This document shows, piece by piece, positions 25,649-35,650 of a stretch of DNA of 64,000 bases; position 1 is the first letter of the stretch; every line of letters begins with the position of its first letter. Location: the IMG/VR virus record IMGVR_UViG_3300020042_003898, positions 1,037 through 65,036 of that record; one strand, given 5' to 3'. Source of the stretch: a virus (Duplodnaviria; Caudoviricetes). Under the pieces are notes generated by a model that searched no databases, was not told the DNA's origin, and saw nothing but the letters and a program-made list of their open reading frames with translations. The position numbers were made by a program, and so were the translations under genes.

Positions 25649-27438
25649 AGATGAGTATTAGTAAAAATTATTCTAAAGATGCGTTATTTGATGAACTAGG
25701 GCTAAAGCGTCTTCGTGAGTCTTATATGAAAGATGATGAAGTATCTCCACAAGACCGCTTTGCTTTTGTGTCTGAGTCATTTGCATCTAATCCTGATCAT
25801 GCTCAACGACTATACGATTACGCTAGTAATCATTGGTTATCTTACTCTACTCCTATTCTATCTTTTGGTAGGAATAAACGAGGTCTTCCTATTAGTTGCT
25901 ATTTGAACTATCTAGATGATACTTCAGAAGGTCTAGTAAATAATCTATCAGAAACTAACTGGTTGTCTATGATGGGAGGCGGTGTAGGCGTTCACGTAGG
26001 CATTCGAGGGGTAGATGAGAAGAGTACAGGTGTTATGCCGCACCTGAAGGTCTATGACTCTTCTAGCCTTGCTTTTAAACAAGGTACTACACGCCGAGGA
26101 AGTTATGCTGCTTATCTAGATATCTCTCATCCTGATATTATTCAATTCCTTGAGATGCGTAAGCCTACTGGAGATCAGAACTTCCGTACTCTTAATCTAA
26201 ATCATGGAGTTAATATCCCAGACTCTTTCATGAAGATTATTGAGCAATGCTTAATTGACCCTAAAGCAGATGATTCTTGGCCTTTGGTACAGCCTCATAA
26301 CGGTAAAGTTACAGAAGTAGTTTCTGCTAAGATGCTATGGATGAAGTTACTTGAACTAAGGATGCAGACAGGTGAGCCTTATATCTGGTTTATTGACAGA
26401 GCAAATGAAGGTCTTCCTGATTATCAAAAGAAGTTAGGATTAAAGAATCATGGTAGTAATTTATGCTCTGAAATCAGTCTTGCTACTAGTGAAGAGCGCA
26501 CAGCAGTATGCTGCCTTAGTTCTGTAAATCTAGAGTACTATGATGATTGGAAAGATAATCCTTTATTCTTAGCGGATATTCTAGAAATGCTAGATAACGT
26601 AATTGAGTACTTTATTAAAGAAGCACCTTCTGTTATCGACAGGGCAAAGTATAGTGCAACGCGAGAGCGCAGCGTAGGAGTAGGTGCATTAGGTTTTCAT
26701 GCTTATCTACAGAAGCATAATATTGCCTTCGAGAGTGCTTTAAGTAAGTCTGCTAATTTCAAGATGTTCAAGCACATCAGGACTGAACTAGATAAAGCAA
26801 ATGTTGCGCTTGCAGAAGTTAGGGGATCTTGTCCTGATGCCCAAGAGTTCAAAGTACTAAAGCGTAATAGTCATGTAATGGCTGTTGCACCTAATGCAAG
26901 TTCAAGTATTATTATGGGTAATACTTCTCCTAGCATTGAACCTTATTCTGCTAATGCGTACAGGCAAGATACTACTTCAGGAGCATTCTTGACTAAGAAT
27001 AAGTTCTTGGATGATTATTTCAGGTCTGTAGCACTACAAAAGCCAGAAGGATGGTATGATGACCAATGGGCTAATGTTACTGCTAATGACGGTAGTGTTC
27101 AGCAACTAGAATGGATGCCAGATATTCAGAAGGCTGTGTTTAAAACAGCAAATGAAATTGATCAACGATGGATTGTTGAACTATCAGGTGATCGTCAGGT
27201 GTACGTAGATCAGGCAATCAGCACTAACTTGTTCTTTAGACCAGATGTTAGTGTAAAATACTTGAGTGCTGTACACTTCCAAGCATGGAAGCAAGGTCTG
27301 AAGTCTCTGTACTATGTACGTAGTGCAAAGTTAAGGAAAGCAGACAAAGTAGGACAGAAAGTAATTCGTAATAAAATTGAAGATGAGATTGACATCCAAG
27401 CACTTGTAGACAATACTACTTGCTTGGCTTGTGAGTAA
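25639..27438 (+). CDS. nrdA: ribonucleotide reductase class Ia alpha subunit (no ATP-cone visible)
   Basis: 'PISCY', 'GGGVG', 'SNLCSEI', 'APNASSS', C-terminal 'CLACE'; likely start MSISK at 25651. Confidence 0.97.
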   Translation: MGVKMSISKNYSKDALFDELGLKRLRESYMKDDEVSPQDRFAFVSESFASNPDHAQRLYDYASNHWLSYSTPILSFGRNKRGLPISCYLNYLDDTSEGLVNNLSETNWLSMMGGGVGVHVGIRGVDEKSTGVMPHLKVYDSSSLAFKQGTTRRGSYAAYLDISHPDIIQFLEMRKPTGDQNFRTLNLNHGVNIPDSFMKIIEQCLIDPKADDSWPLVQPHNGKVTEVVSAKMLWMKLLELRMQTGEPYIWFIDRANEGLPDYQKKLGLKNHGSNLCSEISLATSEERTAVCCLSSVNLEYYDDWKDNPLFLADILEMLDNVIEYFIKEAPSVIDRAKYSATRERSVGVGALGFHAYLQKHNIAFESALSKSANFKMFKHIRTELDKANVALAEVRGSCPDAQEFKVLKRNSHVMAVAPNASSSIIMGNTSPSIEPYSANAYRQDTTSGAFLTKNKFLDDYFRSVALQKPEGWYDDQWANVTANDGSVQQLEWMPDIQKAVFKTANEIDQRWIVELSGDRQVYVDQAISTNLFFRPDVSVKYLSAVHFQAWKQGLKSLYYVRSAKLRKADKVGQKVIRNKIEDEIDIQALVDNTTCLACE

Positions 27439-27447
27439 ATGATTTAA

Positions 27448-27478
27448 CCAGAGTGGAGAAATCCCTCTGGTCTTTTTT
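27448..27478 (+). terminator. terminator-like hairpin after nrdA
   Basis: ACCAGAG...CTCTGGT stem with inner GGA-GAAA-TCC, followed by a T-run. Confidence 0.65.
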
Positions 27479-27509
27479 AAATTGCAATAATTGAAAATTG
27501 GAATTAAAT

Positions 27510-28157
27510 ATGGGAGTCCCTTACTTTTATAAAATATTACATATACCAACAAACACTTTATAAGTAGGTTCTCAATACTCTAAAACTTGTGATAAGTCTA
27601 ATTTATTAAAAACTTATTTTACTTCATCAAAATATGTAAGGTCTTTAATACAAAAATATGGTATTATTTCCTTTAAAATACTTGACATTAAAGAAAGAGA
27701 AGATGCTAGGTTATATGAATCTAGATATTTAAAAAAGGTATATCGTAAATTTGGTGAATTAAAATTTAAAAGTATTTTTATAAATAGAAATATTTCTCCC
27801 GGTATATTAAACGATGAGTCTTCAATTAAGAAAGCAAATGTAAAAAGAAAAGTAAGTAATTCTTTATCACAAAAGTTATTAATTAAACAAAATAGACATA
27901 ATTGGCAAAAGAAACTTTCTCCTGAAAAAGAGATACTTAGAAGATTAAAATTATCTGAATCTAAGAAAGGAAATACTGCTGGTTCTCATAGAAAAATAAC
28001 AGAGGAATATAGAAAGAATGCTTCTGAAAAAGCAAAAGGAAATACAAATGTAAGAGGTCTTAAATGGTGGACAAATGGGACATCTTTTCTAAGATCTCTT
28101 AATTGTCCTAAAGATGGATTTAAGTTAGGTGGGCCTTCTAAAACAAAAAAGGAAGTT
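27510..28157 (+). pseudogene. GIY-YIG (Seg-like) homing endonuclease with nonsense codon 18, in frame with nrdB
   Basis: manual translation MGVPYFYKILHIPTNTL*VGSQYSK...YFTSSKYV...ESRYL...NRN...RLKLSESKKG...KNASEKAKGN...KWWTNG...CPKDGFKLG; no stop before the nrdB ATG at 28158. Confidence 0.85.
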
Positions 28158-29132
28158 ATGACAAAATTAAAATTGACAGATGAGAGAAGTTTTTATAAGC
28201 CTTTTAATTACCCTTGGGCGTACGACGCATTTATGCAGTCTGAACAAATGCATTGGTTGGCTGCTGAAGCACCTATGATCGAAGATGTAAACGATTGGAA
28301 GAATAAACTCTCAGAAGAAGAGAAGAAATTCCTTACACATATCTTTCGATTCTTTACACAAGGAGATATTGACGTAGCAGGTGCTTATGTAAATAACTAC
28401 TTACCTAACTTCCCTCAACCAGAAGTACGTATGATGCTTTCTAGTTTCGCAGCAAGAGAAGCGATTCACGTAGCAGCATACTCGCACTTGATCGAGACTC
28501 TAGGAATGCCTGAGAGTACTTATAATGAGTTCTTACAGTACCAAGAGATGAAGGATAAGCATGACTACATAGAGTCATTCATCAAGCAAGATGAAAGTAC
28601 AGCAGCACAACAGATTGCTGTATTCTCTGCCTTTACAGAAGGTATGCAGTTATTCAGTTCTTTCGTTATGCTCTTGAACTTTGCTCGATTCGGTAAGATG
28701 AAAGGAATGGGACAGATTATTGCTTGGTCTATCGCAGACGAATCTCTTCATGCAGAAAGTATGATTAAGTTATTCCGAGAGTTCGTAAAAGAAAATAAGC
28801 ATATCTGGAATGATGATCTGAAGTCGCAGTTATATTCAATTGCAGAAAAGATGGTAGTGCTAGAAGACCAGTTTATTGACTTGGCTTTTGGCATCTCTGA
28901 AATGCAAGGTCTTTCTAAAGAAGATGTAAAAACCTATATCAGGTATATTGCAGATCGTAGACTAATCTCTCTAGGTCTTAAAGGTATCTTTAAAGTAAAG
29001 AAGAATCCTCTTCCTTGGGTTGATGGTATGCTAGGGACTACACATTCTAACTTCTTCGAGCAAAAGGTAACAGATTACGCAAAAGGATCTCTAACAGGCT
29101 CTTGGAGTGAAGTTTGGGCTAGTAAAGATTAA
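28158..29132 (+). CDS. nrdB: ribonucleotide reductase class Ia beta subunit
   Basis: 'FFTQGD', 'REAIH..AY', 'FTEG', 'DESLH' diiron ligands. Confidence 0.97.
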   Translation: MTKLKLTDERSFYKPFNYPWAYDAFMQSEQMHWLAAEAPMIEDVNDWKNKLSEEEKKFLTHIFRFFTQGDIDVAGAYVNNYLPNFPQPEVRMMLSSFAAREAIHVAAYSHLIETLGMPESTYNEFLQYQEMKDKHDYIESFIKQDESTAAQQIAVFSAFTEGMQLFSSFVMLLNFARFGKMKGMGQIIAWSIADESLHAESMIKLFREFVKENKHIWNDDLKSQLYSIAEKMVVLEDQFIDLAFGISEMQGLSKEDVKTYIRYIADRRLISLGLKGIFKVKKNPLPWVDGMLGTTHSNFFEQKVTDYAKGSLTGSWSEVWASKD

Positions 29133-29257
29133 AAGCAAGGCTCTAGAACGCTCTCTAAGCGATTTAAATCAAAGGTTGATAGCAGCGTAGCCTGAAGACC
29201 TTAAATCGCTCCTAGAGGCTCCTAGACGCCTTAAAATAGATTTAGATTATATAGACG

Positions 29258-29301
29258 AAAAAATACCCACCTTGGATTGCTCCTTGGTGGGTTTTCTTTT
29301 A
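29258..29301. terminator. bidirectional terminator between convergent modules
   Basis: ACCCACC/GGTGGGT stem flanked by an A-run and a T-run. Confidence 0.75.
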
Positions 29302-29313
29302 TTTAAATTTTAG

Positions 29314-29775
29314 TTAAGCCTCAAGACCATTCTTATAAGTCGCTTTACCGTTATTAAACGTAGCAGTAAGAACTTGACACTTCAGGTCTGATGGATTATA
29401 AGATACATGAACCCAACCAGAGTTAGGTTGCCCCTTTTTATAAGCCTCTAGAATCAATTGAGTAAATTCTAGATTGTGCTTAATCCAAACAGCAAGTTCA
29501 TAATTAGATAAAGAAGAGCACTCTATATCAGCAGCCATCCCTTTGCAATGATCACTTGTAGTGCTTCCACCTACTGAAGAGTTAACCATAGGACTCCTGT
29601 ACCCTGAGTTAACTTTAACAGCACCTAGAGCCTCTCTGATAGGTTGTAGAACCTTTTGAACAAGTACAGTCAAGTTATCAATTTCTTTTTGATTAGGAGT
29701 ATTGTCTAATCCTTTTCTGATTGCTTCTTGACTTTTGGTTAACTCTTCTAAAGTAAAGTTAGTTGATAGTTTCAT
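29314..29775 (-). CDS. endolysin, peptidase M15A family
   Basis: 'NFTLEEL..S', 'NSGYRS..VN..VGGS..SDH..G.AAD', 'WVHVS' zinc motifs. Confidence 0.92.
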   Translation of the reverse strand: MKLSTNFTLEELTKSQEAIRKGLDNTPNQKEIDNLTVLVQKVLQPIREALGAVKVNSGYRSPMVNSSVGGSTTSDHCKGMAADIECSSLSNYELAVWIKHNLEFTQLILEAYKKGQPNSGWVHVSYNPSDLKCQVLTATFNNGKATYKNGLEA

Positions 29776-30583
29776 TTCTTAATTCCTTATTTTTTTCAAT
29801 CATAGAATTTCTATAATCTACTGCAAGTTTCCAAGCACTTTCTTTTCCGTATTTCTTATAACTAAAAGTCTTTGTTTTCTTAATACCAAAGATGTTGTAG
29901 TATTCTACAAAAGCAGCAAATAAGTTCTTACCTGTACGTCTTTCAGAAATTCCATTTATACCAGAGGTATTTGTAACCCTTAGAGCATTGGAAGTATGAA
30001 CAATAGATTGCCTATTATTTTCAGAAATAGAAATCATTGATAAATTATCTATTTTATTATTAGATCTATTTGAATCTATATGATTTATTACTAATGTTTC
30101 ATCTAGAGTTTTATTACATAATAAATATACAATTCTATGGCAACAGTATGATACTCCGTCAACTTCTACCATCCAATAATTATTAGATTGAGAACCTGCT
30201 TCCATTCCTCTTTTAGTCTTGTATCCTTTATTTACTTTCCATCTTAAACAAGACTTACTAGTTTCATCATAATAAAGCAATTCATTAAACTTATTATAAT
30301 CTATAAATTTAGTTGACTCTTTAGTTTTTTTATTTACTAAACACCATTCTTTATTTTTATTTGATAAGTAATTACCTTCAGTTTCTAATGCTTTTTCTTC
30401 TGAAAGATTGTCGTGTACTATTTCTACAGTATAACCACCTGCTTCATTGACAATATTACGCCAAGATTCTGTTCTTTCTTTTCTATATGCGCGTTTAGTT
30501 CTAGTATTTCCTTTTCCAATATAAAAAACTATATTATTATCTTTTCTTCTGTGAAAGTAAACATAATAGTCATTGAATATCAT
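29759..30583 (-). CDS. homing endonuclease-like protein with GIY-YIG + HNH + AP2-like domains
   Basis: 'YYVY...FYIGKG...R...E' then 'HRIVY...INHIDSNRSNN...NL...EN' then 'NTSG..G...KTKTFS.KKYG...A...A...R'. Confidence 0.85.
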   Translation of the reverse strand: MIFNDYYVYFHRRKDNNIVFYIGKGNTRTKRAYRKERTESWRNIVNEAGGYTVEIVHDNLSEEKALETEGNYLSNKNKEWCLVNKKTKESTKFIDYNKFNELLYYDETSKSCLRWKVNKGYKTKRGMEAGSQSNNYWMVEVDGVSYCCHRIVYLLCNKTLDETLVINHIDSNRSNNKIDNLSMISISENNRQSIVHTSNALRVTNTSGINGISERRTGKNLFAAFVEYYNIFGIKKTKTFSYKKYGKESAWKLAVDYRNSMIEKNKELRNETIN

Positions 30584-30584
30584 A

Positions 30585-31088
30585 CTAGTCTTCTTTTTTA
30601 TTTACTAATAAGTTTGTTTTATTTACACTACTTTGTGAACTTCCAAAATAAAAATTCATAACAGTAGCAATAATTTGACCTAAAATAAATCCAGCAATTA
30701 AGTCAGCAAACCTAATATTTTCTGGAGCAATTGGTAAAAATGTTATACAAAAAATATATAAAGCACCAATAATAGACCAGAAAGAGGCTAAGTAATAAAC
30801 AAACCTTTTACTGAATAAATCAGATTGATCTAATGCAGCAACCTGCATGGCTCTAGCATCTGCTGTATTTTTATTAGACTGCTCAATCTGAAACTCTTCG
30901 TGTTTCATAGCAGCCTGTTTAATCTCTTGTAGTTTCTCTGGACTTAGACCACCTTGTACTGTAGCATCAATCTTGATACCTAGTTTATCTTCTACGTAAT
31001 CAAGACCTTTGTCAATAACAGCCTGAGCAACTTGAGGCATATTATTAGAGAATAGACTAGATACAATTCCTGCAATAATAGGAAGCAT
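30585..31088 (-). CDS. holin-like membrane protein (GTA 3TM-like)
   Basis: 'DTADAR.MQ' region, two C-terminal TM helices, 'NFYFGSS'; located in the lysis cassette. Confidence 0.7.
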   Translation of the reverse strand: MLPIIAGIVSSLFSNNMPQVAQAVIDKGLDYVEDKLGIKIDATVQGGLSPEKLQEIKQAAMKHEEFQIEQSNKNTADARAMQVAALDQSDLFSKRFVYYLASFWSIIGALYIFCITFLPIAPENIRFADLIAGFILGQIIATVMNFYFGSSQSSVNKTNLLVNKKED

Positions 31089-31101
31089 GATATCTCCTTA
31101 A

Positions 31102-31404
31102 TTAAGTACTTTTTCTTTTAAGTACTTCTTCTAGTTCTGTAATTCTATCTCGCATATCATCAATGATCTTATATGCTTCACTTAGTTCTTTTCTTACAGC
31201 GTGTAACTCTTCGGCTAACTGTGTATTTTGAGAAATAAGAGTAGATAGTTGTTCTGTTTGTAATTTACCTATAGAAGTTACATTAGCGATATCTGTGTCA
31301 TTTCTTTTTAAGTAAAAAGAGAATACCACAAATAAAATTAATGCAACTGCTGTAAGATCTCCAGATGTAGATTTTAAAACATCTAATATGGTTGTCACTT
31401 CCAT
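31102..31404 (-). CDS. membrane-anchored coiled-coil lysis-associated protein
   Basis: N-terminal TM plus heptad coiled coil; position before holin/endolysin. Confidence 0.55.
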   Translation of the reverse strand: MEVTTILDVLKSTSGDLTAVALILFVVFSFYLKRNDTDIANVTSIGKLQTEQLSTLISQNTQLAEELHAVRKELSEAYKIIDDMRDRITELEEVLKRKST

Positions 31405-31460
31405 AAGAATCCCTTGTTTTTTATTGCAGTATATATTTTATTATATCACAACATAATATG

Positions 31461-31850
31461 TTATGCACTAATACTAGATGCTAGGATGAACAGATCATCC
31501 ACATCAGTATCAGATAGACCTAACATATTAGCAAGGAAGTTAAGTGTTGGGCTTGCTCGTTCCCATTCTGCTGCATCCTCCCAAGCAAGACGTTTAACAT
31601 CTGTTTGAGGTAAGGTTGCAATGTACGTGTTAATGGTATCGAAATGTCCTGCCTGTACAAGGGCCAAACGGGCTTGGAAGCGCGTCACCGTCGCAGGGAT
31701 GGGTGTCGGTGGCGGCACATAAGGCTCTGGCGTGTTGCCTTCTGCGAGCCATGCGAGGTATTGCTGGTAGTCGGTGTTTCCCAAATCTGGTGGAATACCA
31801 GCACCATCGGCAACACGGGTAATGATGGTTGAATTATTTAGTTTGTACAT
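31461..31850 (-). CDS. tail fibre assembly/chaperone-like protein
   Basis: 'IPPD.GN.DYQ.YL.W...GN.P' plus 'VT..QARLAL...W..A....R...LGL....D.LF'; follows the fibre gene. Confidence 0.7.
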   Translation of the reverse strand: MYKLNNSTIITRVADGAGIPPDLGNTDYQQYLAWLAEGNTPEPYVPPPTPIPATVTRFQARLALVQAGHFDTINTYIATLPQTDVKRLAWEDAAEWERASPTLNFLANMLGLSDTDVDDLFILASSISA

Positions 31851-31852
31851 GA

Positions 31853-33205
31853 TTATAACTCCGCGACTGCTTGCCAGTCATCAAGATCAATCCAGTTGCC
31901 AGTTGGTACTGCTGCGTTAAAGAAAAACATTCCCTGATTGGAACTGACTGGACTAGATGGCCCTGTGGTAGCACCATCTTGAATATCATAGTAAAAAGTA
32001 ACGGTTGGGTTTGCTCTCATCACAACTGGTAAATAACGAGTTATTGCTACACTTGCTGAGACAGTTGATGGGTTATATGATCTACCATCCAAGTATGAGG
32101 AGGGTGTTGTTCCAAAAGCACCTGTTGCTATTGGGTTGCGCTGATAATACCTCTGACACAATTGCAGACTCAAACCGTATGGAATTTGCTCGAATGGCGT
32201 GGCTACGGAACCGATTTCGAGTTGGACTTGAGCAATACTAATGGTCTTGGAGGCTTGGCCGATGGAGCCTGAGCGAATTGCAACAGATGAGCCAGCATCT
32301 AACCAAAATGACAATGCTGTATAACTAGTGTTTTCCGTTGTGCCAAGCGTAATTCCAGACAACGAAGGAACAGTGAATGTTTTCGAATACTTAGTCCATG
32401 TTGTTGTCAATGCTTGGGCTTGTCCTGTTCCTGTTGCAGTAGCACTTGGACTGCCCCCAGTTCCAAAAAACTGCCACAGTTCAAGACCAATTGACGGGGT
32501 TCCTGATGCGGCTTTAGCCCAAAAAGAAACAGTAACTGTTTGACCCCCAAGCACGGTAACGTCTTCCATTGGTTGCAACAATGCATAATAGTTACCAGCA
32601 CCAGCAACTGAAGTAACTGCAACAGTTGTAAAATATTGCGCCCCTCCGTTATTAAATAACGTGTCACCACTAACAAATTTTCCTTGTGTTGTGGAAAATG
32701 TACTGCCTAACGAATCATTTCTCCACCTGTCAGCAGGGCCATACACGTTAGTAGTAACCGCAGCCGTCCCACGCTGCGCGATACCCATATTCCCATTGAT
32801 AACTTTATTCCGCAGCCCCGCCAACTGACCGCCATTAATATCTGAAAAATTATTAGTTAAACTCATCCAGTTTGTTGCATCTAAACTTGGATCTATTGTA
32901 CTTACACCTGCTGTTTTTCTTCTATATGTCAAAAAATTAATAGGACTAAACCTATTGTCTCCAATTGCATAAGTAGTACCACTAATCCAAATACTACAGT
33001 TTGCTGTACTTGCTGCTGAACTTGCAGACGCTGTTGCACTTGAAGCAGCAGCAGATGCAATACTTTGTTTAGAATTTACATCAGCCTGAAGTGCATTTGC
33101 TTCTGTTCCGAATGTAGGTAGAGCAGTAAGAAAGGCATCGGCTCTATCAGAGAAATTAGTAGGGTCTGCTCTACTTGGAGCAGTCGGTAATGTTGTAATT
33201 GGCAT
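31853..33205 (-). CDS. tail fibre / receptor-binding protein
   Basis: N-terminal 'PTAPSR.DPTNF..RADAF'; C-terminal 'INGNM.I.QRG...DRW...[12 protein letters not shown]......L..CQRYY'. Confidence 0.8.
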   Translation of the reverse strand: MPITTLPTAPSRADPTNFSDRADAFLTALPTFGTEANALQADVNSKQSIASAAASSATASASSAASTANCSIWISGTTYAIGDNRFSPINFLTYRRKTAGVSTIDPSLDATNWMSLTNNFSDINGGQLAGLRNKVINGNMGIAQRGTAAVTTNVYGPADRWRNDSLGSTFSTTQGKFVSGDTLFNNGGAQYFTTVAVTSVAGAGNYYALLQPMEDVTVLGGQTVTVSFWAKAASGTPSIGLELWQFFGTGGSPSATATGTGQAQALTTTWTKYSKTFTVPSLSGITLGTTENTSYTALSFWLDAGSSVAIRSGSIGQASKTISIAQVQLEIGSVATPFEQIPYGLSLQLCQRYYQRNPIATGAFGTTPSSYLDGRSYNPSTVSASVAITRYLPVVMRANPTVTFYYDIQDGATTGPSSPVSSNQGMFFFNAAVPTGNWIDLDDWQAVAEL

Positions 33206-33226
33206 TTAATTATTTCCTTAAAAAGA

Positions 33227-35587
33227 TTAAGTTAAACCTTCAACTTCTATTGAACAAACAGAATAAGAAGGATAAGATATATTAGTTGAAAAGTCCTTAT
33301 AAAATCCCCATACAATTAAAGGTTCTGAGAAATAAGGGTCAGTAGATGCAATCCATACTACAGGAGTAGCACGAATAGAGTACAAGTAATTCTGAATAGA
33401 ATTTAATTTTATATTAGAAATAAATACTTCAGAAGATAATCGTTTACTAAATGCTCTAATTACAAAATTAGTATTACCAAATTCGTCTGTGTCTTTCTTA
33501 GAGTAATCAATAATTCCAGCAGAAGCACCATATTGTGTAGTACCAATTTGAGTAGTAAGTCCAAATACTGCTTGAGCAAGTGAAACCGTAACTCCTGTTG
33601 CTCCTGCAAGTTTAATAGTAACTACTGCATTTGAGTAAGTTTCTGGAACAGCATCAAATACAATCTGAGTTCTTTGAGTAATCGGATCAAAGAAGAAATA
33701 CTGATACCAATCTTGTACGTTACTACCAGACAAACCTGCTGTTTGATTATAAAGTAAATTACCTGTTGCTTGATCAGTAACGGCTACACTTGCGAGAGGT
33801 GCATTTAAAGTAATCAAAGCAACTGAATCTAACTTACCTGATTTTACAACAAAGGTCATCTCTGTAGTTGCTGTAGATACTGTACTTACGGCAGAGTCTA
33901 ATGCTGCATGGATATTATCTGGGCCTGTATCTAACCACCAAGTAGGTGATGTACTAGGAGTATGATTTAAGTTAGTTCCTGCTAAACTTTCATATATTCT
34001 ACTTAGGTATCTTACCTTATCCGCTAGAGCATAAGTAGTACCTGATGAATATACAGCATTTGGGTCAGTAACTGTACTATAAATTAAACCTGAGCCAGTT
34101 ATAGTATCGGCTGCTCTAGTTGCTGCTACGCTTGTAGATACATCTGCTGCTCTAGTTGCGGCTGCTGTAGTTGTTAAGAAATAACTACTAGGGAAAGCAG
34201 TTGCTTCAAGTTGAGCACCATAGATAGAAATGCTAGAAGAACCATCTCCTGTATATGATGTATTTATACCATCTGTGGTCATCCAGATTCTTGCAGCAAG
34301 ACTAGCGGTAGAAATTGTTTTAGATGTACAACTAATTCTCCACCAACCATTACTTGCATTACTAACTGAGTAATATTGAGGAGATCCTGAAGTAGTAGTT
34401 ACTTGACCTGTGAGTAAATTAACTCCTACATAAACATCACCCATTCCTCCACCACTTAAACCAACAAGTGCATATAATCTTTGTGCTGCTTTTACATACA
34501 CAGAGAAAGTATATGCTGTAGAAGCAACAGGAGTAATAACCTGTTGTATAATATGCTGATTAGTAACAGCAGTAGTCTCCATTAACTTCTCAGCAACTGC
34601 TGCGCCAGTAGGAGATGTCAAATTGGTTAAAGGTATAGTAACATTAGTTGCACTCCATGCACTTACTTGATCAAACTGTTCAGAATAAGCAAGTAGATTA
34701 GTAGCCGCTGGTTCTAATAATAGAAAAGGTGGAGCAGTTAAGTCATCAGGGTTATAGTCAAGTCTTGAAGTATTTGTTGTAGCAGTAGCAAGTAATCCGT
34801 TTGATGCTGTATAAGTACCTACTGATGCCCTTGATGTAAAGGTATCAGTTGAGTTAACATATGAACTTGTTCCGTATGTTCCTGCTTCGAGTTGAGAACC
34901 CCAGATATAAATACCAGATAAACCATTTCCTGTATAATTCACAACAGGGGTAGAATTTGCTAATTGAAGTTTAAATGAAACAGTAGTAGGGGCAATTGAC
35001 CAAGTAGCCTTTAAACTTATTCTATACCATCCGTTATTAAATTCTTGAATAGTTGCTGTAGCATCAACTACTGTGCCACTTTTAGTAGGAGTTGTAAAAG
35101 TTCCTGCTGTTAAGTTAAACATACAATTAGCAAGATTTACGCTATTGTCATCAAGTCTTAAGTTACAGAAAGTTCTTTCTCCTGCCTTTACATAAATAGA
35201 CATTGTATAAGTAGTTTCTACTGATACTGTTTTATTCTGAAAGATGTAAAAAAAAGGAGAAGCAGGAGTACCTGTACCTTCAATAAATTTCTCAGCAGAT
35301 AAACTTCCATCTGGAGCAACAATCCCTTCTACGTGAGGAATTACTCTACTTAAGTTTGCTTTACTCCATAATGCATTATCAAAGTTATTTGAATAAGTTA
35401 AAAGGTTAGTCTTTGCTGGCTCAATCATCAAGCCTTCGTATAGTAATGTACTTGGGTTATAATTAAACCTTGGTACATTAGTACTTGCTGTATTTACATA
35501 ACCAGTAGAATTTACATAAGTTCCAGAACTTGCTCTTGTGAAAGAGCCATCTGTCGTAGAGAGTGTATTCGGTTTAATTACTTCCAT
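33227..35587 (-). CDS. tail tip protein with two tandem beta-sandwich modules and a C-terminal Dit-like domain
   Basis: duplicated 'FTRAS.GTY...R..YNP....EPA.TNLL.YS..FD..W...G.QLE' module; C-terminal 'IIDYSKK.TD.FGN'. Confidence 0.75.
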   Translation of the reverse strand: MEVIKPNTLSTTDGSFTRASSGTYVNSTGYVNTASTNVPRFNYNPSTLLYEGLMIEPAKTNLLTYSNNFDNALWSKANLSRVIPHVEGIVAPDGSLSAEKFIEGTGTPASPFFYIFQNKTVSVETTYTMSIYVKAGERTFCNLRLDDNSVNLANCMFNLTAGTFTTPTKSGTVVDATATIQEFNNGWYRISLKATWSIAPTTVSFKLQLANSTPVVNYTGNGLSGIYIWGSQLEAGTYGTSSYVNSTDTFTSRASVGTYTASNGLLATATTNTSRLDYNPDDLTAPPFLLLEPAATNLLAYSEQFDQVSAWSATNVTIPLTNLTSPTGAAVAEKLMETTAVTNQHIIQQVITPVASTAYTFSVYVKAAQRLYALVGLSGGGMGDVYVGVNLLTGQVTTTSGSPQYYSVSNASNGWWRISCTSKTISTASLAARIWMTTDGINTSYTGDGSSSISIYGAQLEATAFPSSYFLTTTAAATRAADVSTSVAATRAADTITGSGLIYSTVTDPNAVYSSGTTYALADKVRYLSRIYESLAGTNLNHTPSTSPTWWLDTGPDNIHAALDSAVSTVSTATTEMTFVVKSGKLDSVALITLNAPLASVAVTDQATGNLLYNQTAGLSGSNVQDWYQYFFFDPITQRTQIVFDAVPETYSNAVVTIKLAGATGVTVSLAQAVFGLTTQIGTTQYGASAGIIDYSKKDTDEFGNTNFVIRAFSKRLSSEVFISNIKLNSIQNYLYSIRATPVVWIASTDPYFSEPLIVWGFYKDFSTNISYPSYSVCSIEVEGLT

Positions 35588-35614
35588 AAGTTCCCTAAAA
35601 TATTATATTATTGT

Positions 35615-35643
35615 AAAATAAGAGGAAGCCGAAACTTCCCCTT
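35615..35643 (-). terminator. terminator-like hairpin after the tape measure gene
   Basis: GGAAG-TTTCGG-CTTCC stem-loop followed by TATTTT. Confidence 0.55.
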
Positions 35644-35650
35644 ACCTTAA

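Noticed and set aside
25639-27438. Intron or intein in nrdA (also checked polymerase, helicase and terL)
   Set aside because: The ORFs are continuous and of ordinary length, with no intein C/S...HN-C/S/T signature or LAGLIDADG motif; nrdA ends with its normal CxxC tail
27561-27563. Genome-wide stop-codon reassignment
   Set aside because: TAA, TAG and TGA all end intact genes here (nrdA TAA, polymerase TAG, 772-972 TGA); long genes are uninterrupted and no suppressor tRNA is seen
31853-33205. Diversity-generating retroelement targeting the tail fibre
   Set aside because: No reverse transcriptase and no template/variable repeat pair was found
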